Positions 1 to 8,464 of a stretch of DNA of 41,991 nucleotides are shown here, piece after piece (the stretch's first letter is position 1; each line of letters starts with the position of its first letter). The stretch is taken from NCBI GenBank assembly GCA_937919035.1, contig CALFPI010000042.1, forward strand, positions 1-41,991. Reading direction: 5' to 3'. The notes beneath the pieces are model-generated. The model saw only the letters and a program-made list of their open reading frames with translations. It did not search any database and was not told the origin of the DNA. Both the position numbers and the translations under genes were made by a program. This stretch comes from an uncultured Gemmatimonadaceae bacterium. Lineage in GTDB: Bacteria; Latescibacterota; UBA2968; UBA8231.

Positions 1-99
1 GCCATCCCGGCGACGGCCGATGCCGATCCCGGCTATCACACCTGCCTGAGTCTGTTGGACGCGATCGACGCGATCGATCAGCTGCAGAATCGCTCCTAG
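1..99 (+). CDS. 3' end of a gene entering from the left edge (unknown product)
   Basis: Frame 1 is open from base 1 (AIPATADADPGYHTCLSLLDAIDAIDQLQNRS) to TAG at 97-99, with GC-rich third positions. It converges on fabF. Too short to identify. Confidence 0.35.
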   Translation, partial: AIPATADADPGYHTCLSLLDAIDAIDQLQNRS

Positions 100-207
100 G
101 CGGGCAGGTGCTGGGAGAAGAAGCGGAGCCAGTTGCCGTGCATGAAACGCGAGACGTCGTCGTCACTGCAGCCCCGGGCCGAGAGCAGGGGCCCAACCGA
201 GGGCTTC

Positions 208-1446
208 CTATGGGGCGGGGCCCACGATCAGAACCACATTGTGTCCGCCGAAACCAAAGGAGTTGCTCAACGCGATCCTCACTGTTGTCTGTCGAGCCTC
301 GTTTGGCACATAGTCCAGGTCGCAGCGCGGATCGGGAGTATGGTAGTTGATGGTTGGCGGGATCCATCCACTCCGTATCGCCTCAATGCACGCAAGGAGT
401 TCCACTGCGCCAGCCGCCCCCAAAAGATGTCCCGTCATTGATTTTGTGGAACTGACTGCTACGTCGTGGGCATGCGATCCAAGCGCTTCATGCAAGGCCA
501 TGCTCTCCACGGCATCCCCCATCGGCGTCGACGTCCCATGTGCATTTACGTAACTCACCGCAGCCGCAGGGAGTCCAGCATCTTCCAGCGCCGATCGGAC
601 CGCCCTTGCACTGCCCTCACCAGCGGGATGCATGTCTGTCATGTGGTAGGCATCCGATGCCAGGCCATACCCCAGCAGTTCCGAGAAAATCTCCGCGCCT
701 CGGCGCTTGGCATGCTCGTACTCCTCGAGAACTACGGCACCGGCTCCTTCGCCTAACACGAAGCCGCTTCGATCTGCATCGAAAGGCCTGCACGCGGCGG
801 CGGGCTCGCCATCGGGTCGCGCCAGCACCCGAGCTCGTTTGAATCCGGCCAGGCAAAGTGGCGTGATGGCTGCCTCGCTGCCGCCGGCGACAACCACATC
901 CACATCGCCATGCTGGATCTTCCTCATCGCCTCGCCAATGGCCTGAGAACCAGATGCGCAGGCACTGACCGTCGCATGATTTGCTCCCCTGATTCCGTGT
1001 TTGATCGAAATCATGCCAGCTGACATATCAGCAAGGGACATGGGTATCAGGAAGGGGCTTACACGCTCTGGCCCCTTCTCTAACAGTACAGCATGCTCAC
1101 GTTCGAGGGTTGCGATTCCACCCATAGCAGTCCCGAAAATCACACACGTTCTTCCCGGCTCGATGCTGTCGATGTCCAGGCCTGAATCGTTGATCGCTTG
1201 CGTGGCCACCTCAACGGCGAACTGCACGGTGCGATCCGTCCTCCTGACCTCCTTGGGCGAAAGGCAGAGGAGGGGATCAAATCCCTTCACTTCTCCCGCC
1301 GCCTGCTTGGGGTCATCACTGTCAATTCGAGTCAACGGGCCAATTCCGCTGCGGCCGTTGATCAGCGCTTCCCAGAACGTTTCTATGGAGTTCCCATTGG
1401 GGGCCAGTACGCCCCTTCCGGTCACCACGACGCGTCGCCGCACCAA
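208..1446 (-). CDS. fabF: Beta-ketoacyl-ACP synthase II (FabF)
   Basis: RRVVVTG N-terminus; catalytic Cys in TVSACASG; His in YVNAHGTST; His in KSMTGHLLGAAG; C-terminal SNSFGFGGHN; RPFDADRSGFVLGEGAG. Start moved to TTG 1446 (or GTG 1443) because GGAGGAG lies at 1459-1453. Confidence 0.92.
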   Translation of the reverse strand: MVRRRVVVTGRGVLAPNGNSIETFWEALINGRSGIGPLTRIDSDDPKQAAGEVKGFDPLLCLSPKEVRRTDRTVQFAVEVATQAINDSGLDIDSIEPGRTCVIFGTAMGGIATLEREHAVLLEKGPERVSPFLIPMSLADMSAGMISIKHGIRGANHATVSACASGSQAIGEAMRKIQHGDVDVVVAGGSEAAITPLCLAGFKRARVLARPDGEPAAACRPFDADRSGFVLGEGAGAVVLEEYEHAKRRGAEIFSELLGYGLASDAYHMTDMHPAGEGSARAVRSALEDAGLPAAAVSYVNAHGTSTPMGDAVESMALHEALGSHAHDVAVSSTKSMTGHLLGAAGAVELLACIEAIRSGWIPPTINYHTPDPRCDLDYVPNEARQTTVRIALSNSFGFGGHNVVLIVGPAP

Positions 1447-1545
1447 ATCAGACTCCTCCAGCCTCAATTTGCCCCTTCGCGGAGCAATCGCATGAACGTG
1501 TAGGGTGAAAACTTAACGTGCGCTCTGGTGCTGCCACGCAGCAAT

Positions 1546-3120
1546 CTACGGTATCCCGATTTCGTAGATCGAGATCGGGGCGTCAATGCCCTTGACCGAG
1601 ATCTCATCGATGTGGCTGACGTCGCCAATGTGAGGGGCTTTGGCGAGTCGCTCATTGCAGATGATCCGGCCGGGCTGCGCATGGTTCTTGGCGATCCGGA
1701 AGAACTGGTTGACGCCATCGCCGATCACCGTGTAATCAGTCTGAGTATCTTCCGAGCCCAACTCACCGACGATCGCATCGACAAGGCCGAGGGTTACTTT
1801 GACCTCGAATGCCGCTTCATGGCTCTTGCTCAATTCATTCACAGCGGCGAGGATCTCACGAGCACATGCCACGGAAGTTTCGGCTGCCTTGACATCCTTG
1901 ATCGGCGCTCCGAAGAGCGCCATCACCTCATCGCCGATGAACTTGTCGAGGGTTCCGCCGTAACCATCCTTGATGATCTTCCCGATGAGTGCCAGATAGC
2001 AATTGATTGCAGCGAAAACTTTGAGGGGGTCTTCCTGTGCATGAGCGTATTTGGTTGAACCAACGAGATCTGCCGACAGGATCACGACCTCTTCCCGTCG
2101 TGGATCAAGCCATTTGGGCTGGTTGAGCAGTACATCAATCGCGCCGGTCCCGACGTGTTTCGTGAACCGGGAGACCATCACCCGGATGTGTCTCTCCTTG
2201 ATCAGGGCCGTGTCCAAAAGCTCACCGGCCGACTGTACAAGATCAACGTGAGCCGGCGTGTAGCGGCTGTCTGAAACGAGTACGATGACGCCCCCTTTCT
2301 CACCCGCTCTGGTGGTCAAGGGGACTGCGATGACGCCAGCAATTTCGTCACCCCCTACACGGATTGGGCCATCCCGTGGCCCCCGTGACACAGGCGTGTC
2401 CTTGTGATCGCAATCTTGCGCAGCTTCCACGATCTCAAGTCTCGCCTGGTCATAGTTCTCGAGGATGATGCCCCCGGTGCTGTCCGTTGCCTGGAGGGCG
2501 TAGTCTTCTTCCTCGCCATGAAAGACGAAGCCTGCCATACTCGCCGTATCCTCGACCAACCGGTGAATCGAGAGTTCCAGGCAGCGTTGGGTGTTGTTGC
2601 CATGCGTATCGACGATGCCATCGATCTCACGGACCAACGTCCTTTCCCGCCTGGCGACATCCTCCTTGCACTTTGAGTAGATCACGGAGTCGAGAACATA
2701 GCTCGCCTCGCTGAGCAGAAACGGAAAGCAGCCATCTGGGGCACCGGACTGGATTCCTATGATCCCCAGATATGTTTCCCCTTTGTAGAGTCCTTTTACC
2801 AGGTAGGGAGCCTCGAAGAGACTCACCACTTTGGCTTCGTCCGTCACGCCCTCGCGTTCCGTTGCGCGGCACATCTGGGCGATCTCTTCGTTCATCGTTC
2901 GCCGCAGCAGCCCGTTCCTGTCTACGGCGACGACGGTGTCCTTGCCGAAGAAATCGCGGTAGCCGATAAACGCAGTTTCGCACGCGAATTCGCGAACCAG
3001 CCCCCTGAGGCACTGACGCAGAATGTCATAGAGATTCTCGTGCTCGTCGGCGCTGTCGTCCATCATGTGGACGATACGAAGCGCGTGAGCCAACGTGTCA
3101 CGATCGGGGACTGGGTTCAT
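1546..3120 (-). CDS. Soluble class III adenylate/guanylate cyclase with N-terminal GAF-like domain(s); ATP-type specificity residues
   Basis: Metal-binding Asp in ILSADLVGST and KFIGDEVMALFGAP; substrate-specifying Lys (DKF) and Asp (DYTVIGD); catalytic N and R in VNQFFR; VKG motif near the C-terminus. GAF-like signature VIAVPLTT..GVIVL upstream. No TM segments. AAGGA precedes ATG 3120. Confidence 0.87.
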   Translation of the reverse strand: MNPVPDRDTLAHALRIVHMMDDSADEHENLYDILRQCLRGLVREFACETAFIGYRDFFGKDTVVAVDRNGLLRRTMNEEIAQMCRATEREGVTDEAKVVSLFEAPYLVKGLYKGETYLGIIGIQSGAPDGCFPFLLSEASYVLDSVIYSKCKEDVARRERTLVREIDGIVDTHGNNTQRCLELSIHRLVEDTASMAGFVFHGEEEDYALQATDSTGGIILENYDQARLEIVEAAQDCDHKDTPVSRGPRDGPIRVGGDEIAGVIAVPLTTRAGEKGGVIVLVSDSRYTPAHVDLVQSAGELLDTALIKERHIRVMVSRFTKHVGTGAIDVLLNQPKWLDPRREEVVILSADLVGSTKYAHAQEDPLKVFAAINCYLALIGKIIKDGYGGTLDKFIGDEVMALFGAPIKDVKAAETSVACAREILAAVNELSKSHEAAFEVKVTLGLVDAIVGELGSEDTQTDYTVIGDGVNQFFRIAKNHAQPGRIICNERLAKAPHIGDVSHIDEISVKGIDAPISIYEIGIP

Positions 3121-3130
3121 TCACGTTCCT

Positions 3131-3159
3131 TGGGCAGCCGATCTGGGCAGCCGATCTGG
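3131..3159. repeat. Perfect 13-bp tandem duplication (TGGGCAGCCGATC x2 + TGG)
   Basis: Read directly: 3131-3143 is identical to 3144-3156. It fills most of the 39-bp gap between the channel stop and the cyclase start. Confidence 0.9.
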
Positions 3160-5310
3160 TCAGTAGAATACGGTCTGCGTGATAATCAGCAGGGCTCCGA
3201 GGATGATGGGCCAGAACGCCATCTTGGTGATCAGATTGTCGCGAAAGTCCAGCATTCTCAGACCCTGAACGCGGGTGAACAGGATCGAGTTGATCGACAC
3301 GCCAAGGAGCATCATGTAGATCACGAAGTAGAAATAGTCCAGGTAGATGATTTCGGACACCTGCAGCGAGTCGCGGACCTCGATCTGAGCGATGATGACG
3401 ACGAAAAAGAACGCTGCGCAGACTTCGAGAACGCCAAAGCCGCTGAATCCCAGCAACTCACCCGCCTGTTTGCTGGAGGTCATGACAACGGTAAATACCA
3501 GGATGGTGACCACGATGAGGGGCACGATGGTGGTGATGAACGGACTCAGAAACTCACGCTGAATGGTAAGGTTGAAATAGAGTTCCGGGCGGGTCTCGGC
3601 GACGCTCTGCTGACGCACACCAAAATTCGTGTTGTAGTGGTTGAAGCGATAGTCGAAGTAACTGCCTTTCAGCGACCAGTTCGGCATCACCAGGTGCTCC
3701 TCGAGTCCCGGCAGAAACTCAGGATTGAGGATCTCGTAGGAGGCAACATCCGGTACGAGGATCACGGGCCGGTTGAAGTCCGTGTGCCACATGCGCAGCC
3801 ACACCGTCTGCTGATCGAAGGGGTAGTGTCGATAGTCGAATTCTTCCCGCACGGAAACGCGGAAGTACCAGCCCACGACCTGGCGATCGCCGAGATCGAC
3901 GCGGTAGGCCTCCTGTATGTCGAGAACTTCGGCGTTGGGCTCGGTCTCGGCGAAGATCACGCCCTCAGATACGGGCGTGCCATCGGCATAGGTCCGATTG
4001 CTCTTGTCGTAGACCTGCCAGATATAACCACTGAGCATGACGTTGTAGGCGTCGCTGTATTGCATGTGCTGGATGAAGACGCCCGTGGGCACGTACACGA
4101 CCTCTTCCTTCATCTGGGCGGCGCGGACGCTCAATTGCTCCATGAATTGCGTGAGAACGGCCTGACTCTCGATGCGTAGCACCTCGTTTTCTCCGGCGTG
4201 CTGTGGTGGCCGGTTGAGAGCGCGCTGCCAGACGAACCAGATCCCGCCGAGAAAAACCAGGGCCGTGACGATGGACACGACCCAGTAACTCCGCTCTCCG
4301 CCCCGGAAGAATTGCGTCGCCGTCAGCATGGCCAGGATGACGAGGGAGCAACCCCCAAGCAGGATCCACACGAGGCGACGACTCTCGAGCTGGTACCCCT
4401 GGGAGTCTTTCGAATCAAGGTAATAGAGTAGAACCGTCCAGCCGCTGCTTGGGACCGACGCGTGGAACACCCGGTCCTGCCGTCCGGAGGCATCGGTGAC
4501 CTCCACCCAGCCCGGCTCGCCACCTTGGATACGCTCCCGCGCGGCCACGGCCACGGTGTGACGCAGTCTGCCATCCTCGGCCAATTTCTTCAGATCCTGA
4601 AGCAGGTTCGCCTGGTTGAGCACCTTTTCGGCGACCGGGTGTGAGATATAGGTGTGCTGCCTGGACGTGATGTAGCCGAAACCCTCTTCCCCTTCTGGCA
4701 GCGAAGAAGAGATGATCTGCTTCAGTTCGACCGGGGAGAGATTGATGGCAACGATCCCCATGGGGGCGCCTTCTGCGTCAAAGAAGGGCACACCATACTG
4801 AATGATGACGGCACCGCTCTCGTTACCAAAGAACGGTTCCGCCCAACCAGCGCCTTTGGCGACAGTGTTGTAGTACCAGGGGTTTATCGTGTAGTCGTAC
4901 TCGAGAAACACAAGTTTGTGACCGGCGTCGCCCCGATTGAGAAACAGGGGCGCGAAGTATTGGTGATCGTCGGTGAAACGATGCGGCTCGTAGGCCACAA
5001 AGAGCCCGTCGATGTAGTCCAGTCGCTTGACGTCCGCGCGCAAGCGATCCATCAAGGCCGTCGAGTCGAGCCGCCCCTGACTCAGATCCTCGGCGATCGC
5101 GTCGGCGATGGCCATCAACCCGCCCAATCGGGCATCGATGTCCTGGGAGAATTTCCCGCTCTCAGCCTGGTGCTTGTTGATCGCCTCGGTCTGGCGCTCA
5201 CGGCTTCTGTTGATGTGCTGATAGGAATAGTACCCGAGCCACACCAGATTGGCCAAGGCCAGGATTGCGAGGGTGAAGAATCCCCTGGTGAATCGGTCCC
5301 TTACGTGCAT
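3160..5310 (-). CDS. dCache-domain-fused pentameric ligand-gated ion channel (Pro-loop receptor) subunit
   Basis: N-terminal TM, then a dCache-like region (YDYTINPWYY..GWAEPFF..YGVPFF..GIVAINL..GYITSRQHTYISHP..SGWTV), two more TMs, and a beta-rich ectodomain with the pLGIC Pro-loop FDYRHYPFDQQ (YPFD at 3825-3814). Pre-M1 IQRE with the M1 Pro (TTIVPL), and four C-terminal TMs. Start set at ATG 5310 (GGAG upstream), overlapping the stop of the previous gene. Confidence 0.8.
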   Translation of the reverse strand: MHVRDRFTRGFFTLAILALANLVWLGYYSYQHINRSRERQTEAINKHQAESGKFSQDIDARLGGLMAIADAIAEDLSQGRLDSTALMDRLRADVKRLDYIDGLFVAYEPHRFTDDHQYFAPLFLNRGDAGHKLVFLEYDYTINPWYYNTVAKGAGWAEPFFGNESGAVIIQYGVPFFDAEGAPMGIVAINLSPVELKQIISSSLPEGEEGFGYITSRQHTYISHPVAEKVLNQANLLQDLKKLAEDGRLRHTVAVAARERIQGGEPGWVEVTDASGRQDRVFHASVPSSGWTVLLYYLDSKDSQGYQLESRRLVWILLGGCSLVILAMLTATQFFRGGERSYWVVSIVTALVFLGGIWFVWQRALNRPPQHAGENEVLRIESQAVLTQFMEQLSVRAAQMKEEVVYVPTGVFIQHMQYSDAYNVMLSGYIWQVYDKSNRTYADGTPVSEGVIFAETEPNAEVLDIQEAYRVDLGDRQVVGWYFRVSVREEFDYRHYPFDQQTVWLRMWHTDFNRPVILVPDVASYEILNPEFLPGLEEHLVMPNWSLKGSYFDYRFNHYNTNFGVRQQSVAETRPELYFNLTIQREFLSPFITTIVPLIVVTILVFTVVMTSSKQAGELLGFSGFGVLEVCAAFFFVVIIAQIEVRDSLQVSEIIYLDYFYFVIYMMLLGVSINSILFTRVQGLRMLDFRDNLITKMAFWPIILGALLIITQTVFY

Positions 5311-8300
5311 TCTTTCAACTCCAGTAGTGTGCCGTCCACGGCCTGCTTCAAGTTGGCCGCCGCCTCCGGATGTTCCACAAGGAAGCCCGTCATTACGTCT
5401 CGACCCAGACACAGCAGCCGTGCGGGACTCGCAGCTACGATGGCGAGCGTCGCCTCGCCGCTGCTGCCCCAGACCATCTCTCCCAGGAGCGAGCCCGCCT
5501 CATCGACCCGCGCCTGCTCTCCGATCGTTACCGTGCCATCCACCAGAAGATAGACGAATTGTACCCGCTCCCCGACCTGCAGAAGGCTGGCGCCTGGCGA
5601 CAGCCTGACTTCACGACACAGCAGGGCCAGATCCACCAGGCTTCCCTCGTCGACGCGCGCCAGAAGGGGCGCCGCTTTCAACGCCGCGATCTTGCCGGCG
5701 ATGGAGAGTGCGCCCTCGCCGGCGGCCTGCAAAATGTGAAAGGTTTCGTCGCGCATGGGTTCGGGCAGCAGTTCTAGCGCTTGGGTAGAGGCGACGGGAT
5801 CCGCCCGCTGCATGCCGAGGGCGGCTGCCTCGCGCAGCATGGGATTGGGATGGTACAGCTGAGCAATCTGCTCGTCGCAGATTCGACCATCCAGCAGGTT
5901 TGCGAGCGCTTCGAGGGCACACACCCGGCCCCATGGACCGATGGCGGAGTATTCGGCCAAGACAACGTTCTTGAGACGGTCCACCGGTTTCAGGCGCCTT
6001 TGGGGGCAGCGGGGCTCCAGCCGCTTGAGACGTTGATTCAGGGTGAGATCTTCCAGCAAGGGAAAGATCAACTCTCTGGTGTTTGCATCGAGCAGAGCGT
6101 CGAGCAACTCCAGAGCATAGACGCGACCATCGGGATCGCCGCTGCGAAAGCTGTCTCGTACCAGTTCCACCTGTGGGGCCTCGTAGATTAACGTCAGCAA
6201 CAGGAAAATGCGTTCGCGTCGTTGATCGACGTCGGCACCCAGGGCCTTGAGCACGGCCTGTGTGCCATCGGTTTCCGACAGGTCGAGGATCGAGGCCATA
6301 CTCCACGCCGCCCGCGATGTCGTCTCCTCGATGCGCTGCCGGACATACGCCTGCTCTTCGCCACTGGCGGCCTGATAGCCATTGGCCCGCAATCCACCCA
6401 GGACTGCCAGTTCCACGCCTGCATCCACTGCGTTCATCCGTGGTGCCAGTAGGTCGATGGCCCCCTGGCCCCCGATGGCTGCACACGAGCGGACCACACG
6501 CGCCTGCACGGCGGGGCCCGTCGCTGAGTCTGCGAGCAGCCCGAGCAGGATGGGGAAGGAGGCGACGCCTTGTGCCAGCAGGACTTCGGCGGCAACCCAG
6601 TGCGTATCCGGCGCCTTCAACTGCTCCGCCATGACGCCGAGCAAGTGCTCCGAGTTGACGCGACCTGCAGCGAGCAGGGCAAAACGACGCACGCCCGCAT
6701 CTTCGTCCCGCAGAAGTTCCTTGAGCAACTGTTGCTCTTCGACCGCCAAGCCGTCTGCCCCGGCCCCTGTCCCCAACAATCGCGCCGCGAGGGAGCGGTC
6801 GTTTGTGTCGCGGGAACCAGCCAGAATTGCAACACCACGGCCTGGCCTCTCGAACATCGCTGTCTCGAGCCGTGCCAGCGTCTGCCGACCGGCCTGCTTC
6901 AGCTCAGGATCGGACACCCCATCGAGGCAGCGTCGCGTCTCCCCCTCCAGTTCCGTCCACCGCAGGCTACCTATGACACGCAGAGCAGCCAGCCGTGCCG
7001 CCGGCGCGGGATTGGCGAGGTAAGCCTTGAGCGCCGTACCAAGAGAGGCCGGCGCTGCCCGCGTGAGCCAGTCGAGGGCGGCCCCGACGCGGCCAGGATC
7101 GACGACGCGCAGATCAGCCTGAAGTAGAGCGACGCCCTGCGATGGTCGTACGTCCGTATCCCCGGATGCGCCCCGCGTCCGTGCTGTCAGACTGCCAAGC
7201 AGCGAGGCGCGATACTCCCGATGGAGGAGGACGGCGACGGCTGCCCAGGTACTGGCGATCAGAAACACGGCGACGAGCACCACCTCGGAGGATCCGAGCC
7301 AGCTGATCGGCCAGAGGATGAGACCCACGAAGGCCACTGCCTTCTGCTGCACGAGCCCCTCTATGCTGGTCTGAACCGCGAGTCGATCCTCAGCGGCGAG
7401 GGGTTGGTAGAGGACGTTGAAGGATGGGTCGTGAAAGGACTTCATGGCGACGCGTTCGATGATCTTGCTGAGCACGACGAGCAGAAATATGGCCTGGCTG
7501 CTGTCGGCAAGACTCAGGTCCGCCAACGCCACCAGGACCATGATCACGCAGAGCATCAGGGGCAGAGCCAACAGGCCGAGACGAATGCCGTACTCCTGCA
7601 GCAGGCGGCCGGATAGGACTGTCTTTACCAGAAGCTCCACGACACGGATGGTGCCGTACAGTGAACTGATGAAGCGCGCCAGGAAGGTGCGGTCCTCGAA
7701 GCGTATGCGCAGTTGCCCCAGGAAGGCGTAGTCGATGAAGTAAAAGCCGAAAACGACCAGAACCGCCAGCAGGCAGATGAGTCTCAGGTAGGGGTCGCTG
7801 AGCAAGTCCCGCAGGCCGACCTGGCGTCGCGCCTGGGACGGACTGGAGACAAGCCGCTGGGCGAAGGTCCGGTTGACGACGCACAGCAGCCAGCAGGCTC
7901 CCCCCAGAGCGGCAGCGGCAATCAACAGCAGATCGGTGACCCGCGGCAGCACGCCGACCACGAGCGGCACCGAGAAGAAACCGATGATCGAAGAGATGAC
8001 GTCCCCAGAACTGATCAGGCCGAAGAGACGCTTGCTCTGCTGCAGGTCGAGGAGGCGGCCGACGAGTGTCCGGAAAACGAAATAGACAAGGGCGATGAAG
8101 GGGCCTATGAAGGCGAACATGGCGAAGGTGAGCCAGCGCGCCGGGAGCATCAGGAAACCGAGCCAGAACAGAACCACCAGGACCAGGGGCAAGGCCAGGA
8201 CGCGAATGATGAGACTGGTGAAAGGAATTCGGCCCTGCATCCGCGCCAGCCAGGCGCCGATGAGATACCCAGCCAGTCCGGTGGCCATGTAGCCCTGCGG

Positions 8301-8459
8301 CAGGTAGTCGACACCGAACTCGGCGAGGAACGAAGCGTTTGCCAGGGAGATGTAATAGGCCTGGAAAATGCCGATGAGGAAGGAATAACCCGACAGCAGC
8401 GCCACAGTTCGGCCCTCGCCTGGCAGGATGCGGAGGGCGCCGGCGAGGGCACGGAGCAT
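5301..8459 (-). CDS. TLC/Npt-like nucleotide-transporter (MFS) domain fused to HEAT repeats and a C-terminal cyclic-nucleotide-binding-like domain
   Basis: About 420 aa of ~12 hydrophobic helices with the QSKRLFGLISSG motif and LYQPL. HEAT-like repeats follow (LLRDEDAGVRRFALLAAG, LYHPNPMLREAAALG). C-terminal cNMP fold (LSPGASLLQVGE..VYLLVDGTV..LLGEM). Likely start ATG 8459. Confidence 0.75.
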   Translation of the reverse strand: MLRALAGALRILPGEGRTVALLSGYSFLIGIFQAYYISLANASFLAEFGVDYLPQGYMATGLAGYLIGAWLARMQGRIPFTSLIIRVLALPLVLVVLFWLGFLMLPARWLTFAMFAFIGPFIALVYFVFRTLVGRLLDLQQSKRLFGLISSGDVISSIIGFFSVPLVVGVLPRVTDLLLIAAAALGGACWLLCVVNRTFAQRLVSSPSQARRQVGLRDLLSDPYLRLICLLAVLVVFGFYFIDYAFLGQLRIRFEDRTFLARFISSLYGTIRVVELLVKTVLSGRLLQEYGIRLGLLALPLMLCVIMVLVALADLSLADSSQAIFLLVVLSKIIERVAMKSFHDPSFNVLYQPLAAEDRLAVQTSIEGLVQQKAVAFVGLILWPISWLGSSEVVLVAVFLIASTWAAVAVLLHREYRASLLGSLTARTRGASGDTDVRPSQGVALLQADLRVVDPGRVGAALDWLTRAAPASLGTALKAYLANPAPAARLAALRVIGSLRWTELEGETRRCLDGVSDPELKQAGRQTLARLETAMFERPGRGVAILAGSRDTNDRSLAARLLGTGAGADGLAVEEQQLLKELLRDEDAGVRRFALLAAGRVNSEHLLGVMAEQLKAPDTHWVAAEVLLAQGVASFPILLGLLADSATGPAVQARVVRSCAAIGGQGAIDLLAPRMNAVDAGVELAVLGGLRANGYQAASGEEQAYVRQRIEETTSRAAWSMASILDLSETDGTQAVLKALGADVDQRRERIFLLLTLIYEAPQVELVRDSFRSGDPDGRVYALELLDALLDANTRELIFPLLEDLTLNQRLKRLEPRCPQRRLKPVDRLKNVVLAEYSAIGPWGRVCALEALANLLDGRICDEQIAQLYHPNPMLREAAALGMQRADPVASTQALELLPEPMRDETFHILQAAGEGALSIAGKIAALKAAPLLARVDEGSLVDLALLCREVRLSPGASLLQVGERVQFVYLLVDGTVTIGEQARVDEAGSLLGEMVWGSSGEATLAIVAASPARLLCLGRDVMTGFLVEHPEAAANLKQAVDGTLLELKECT

Positions 8460-8464
8460 GGACG

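Noticed and set aside
3040-4179. 379-aa plus-strand ORF, and similar long antisense ORFs (25578-26852, 28951-30180, 33629-34924)
   Set aside because: They lie antisense to well-supported genes, have no recognisable motifs, and are the expected shadow ORFs of high-GC coding DNA.
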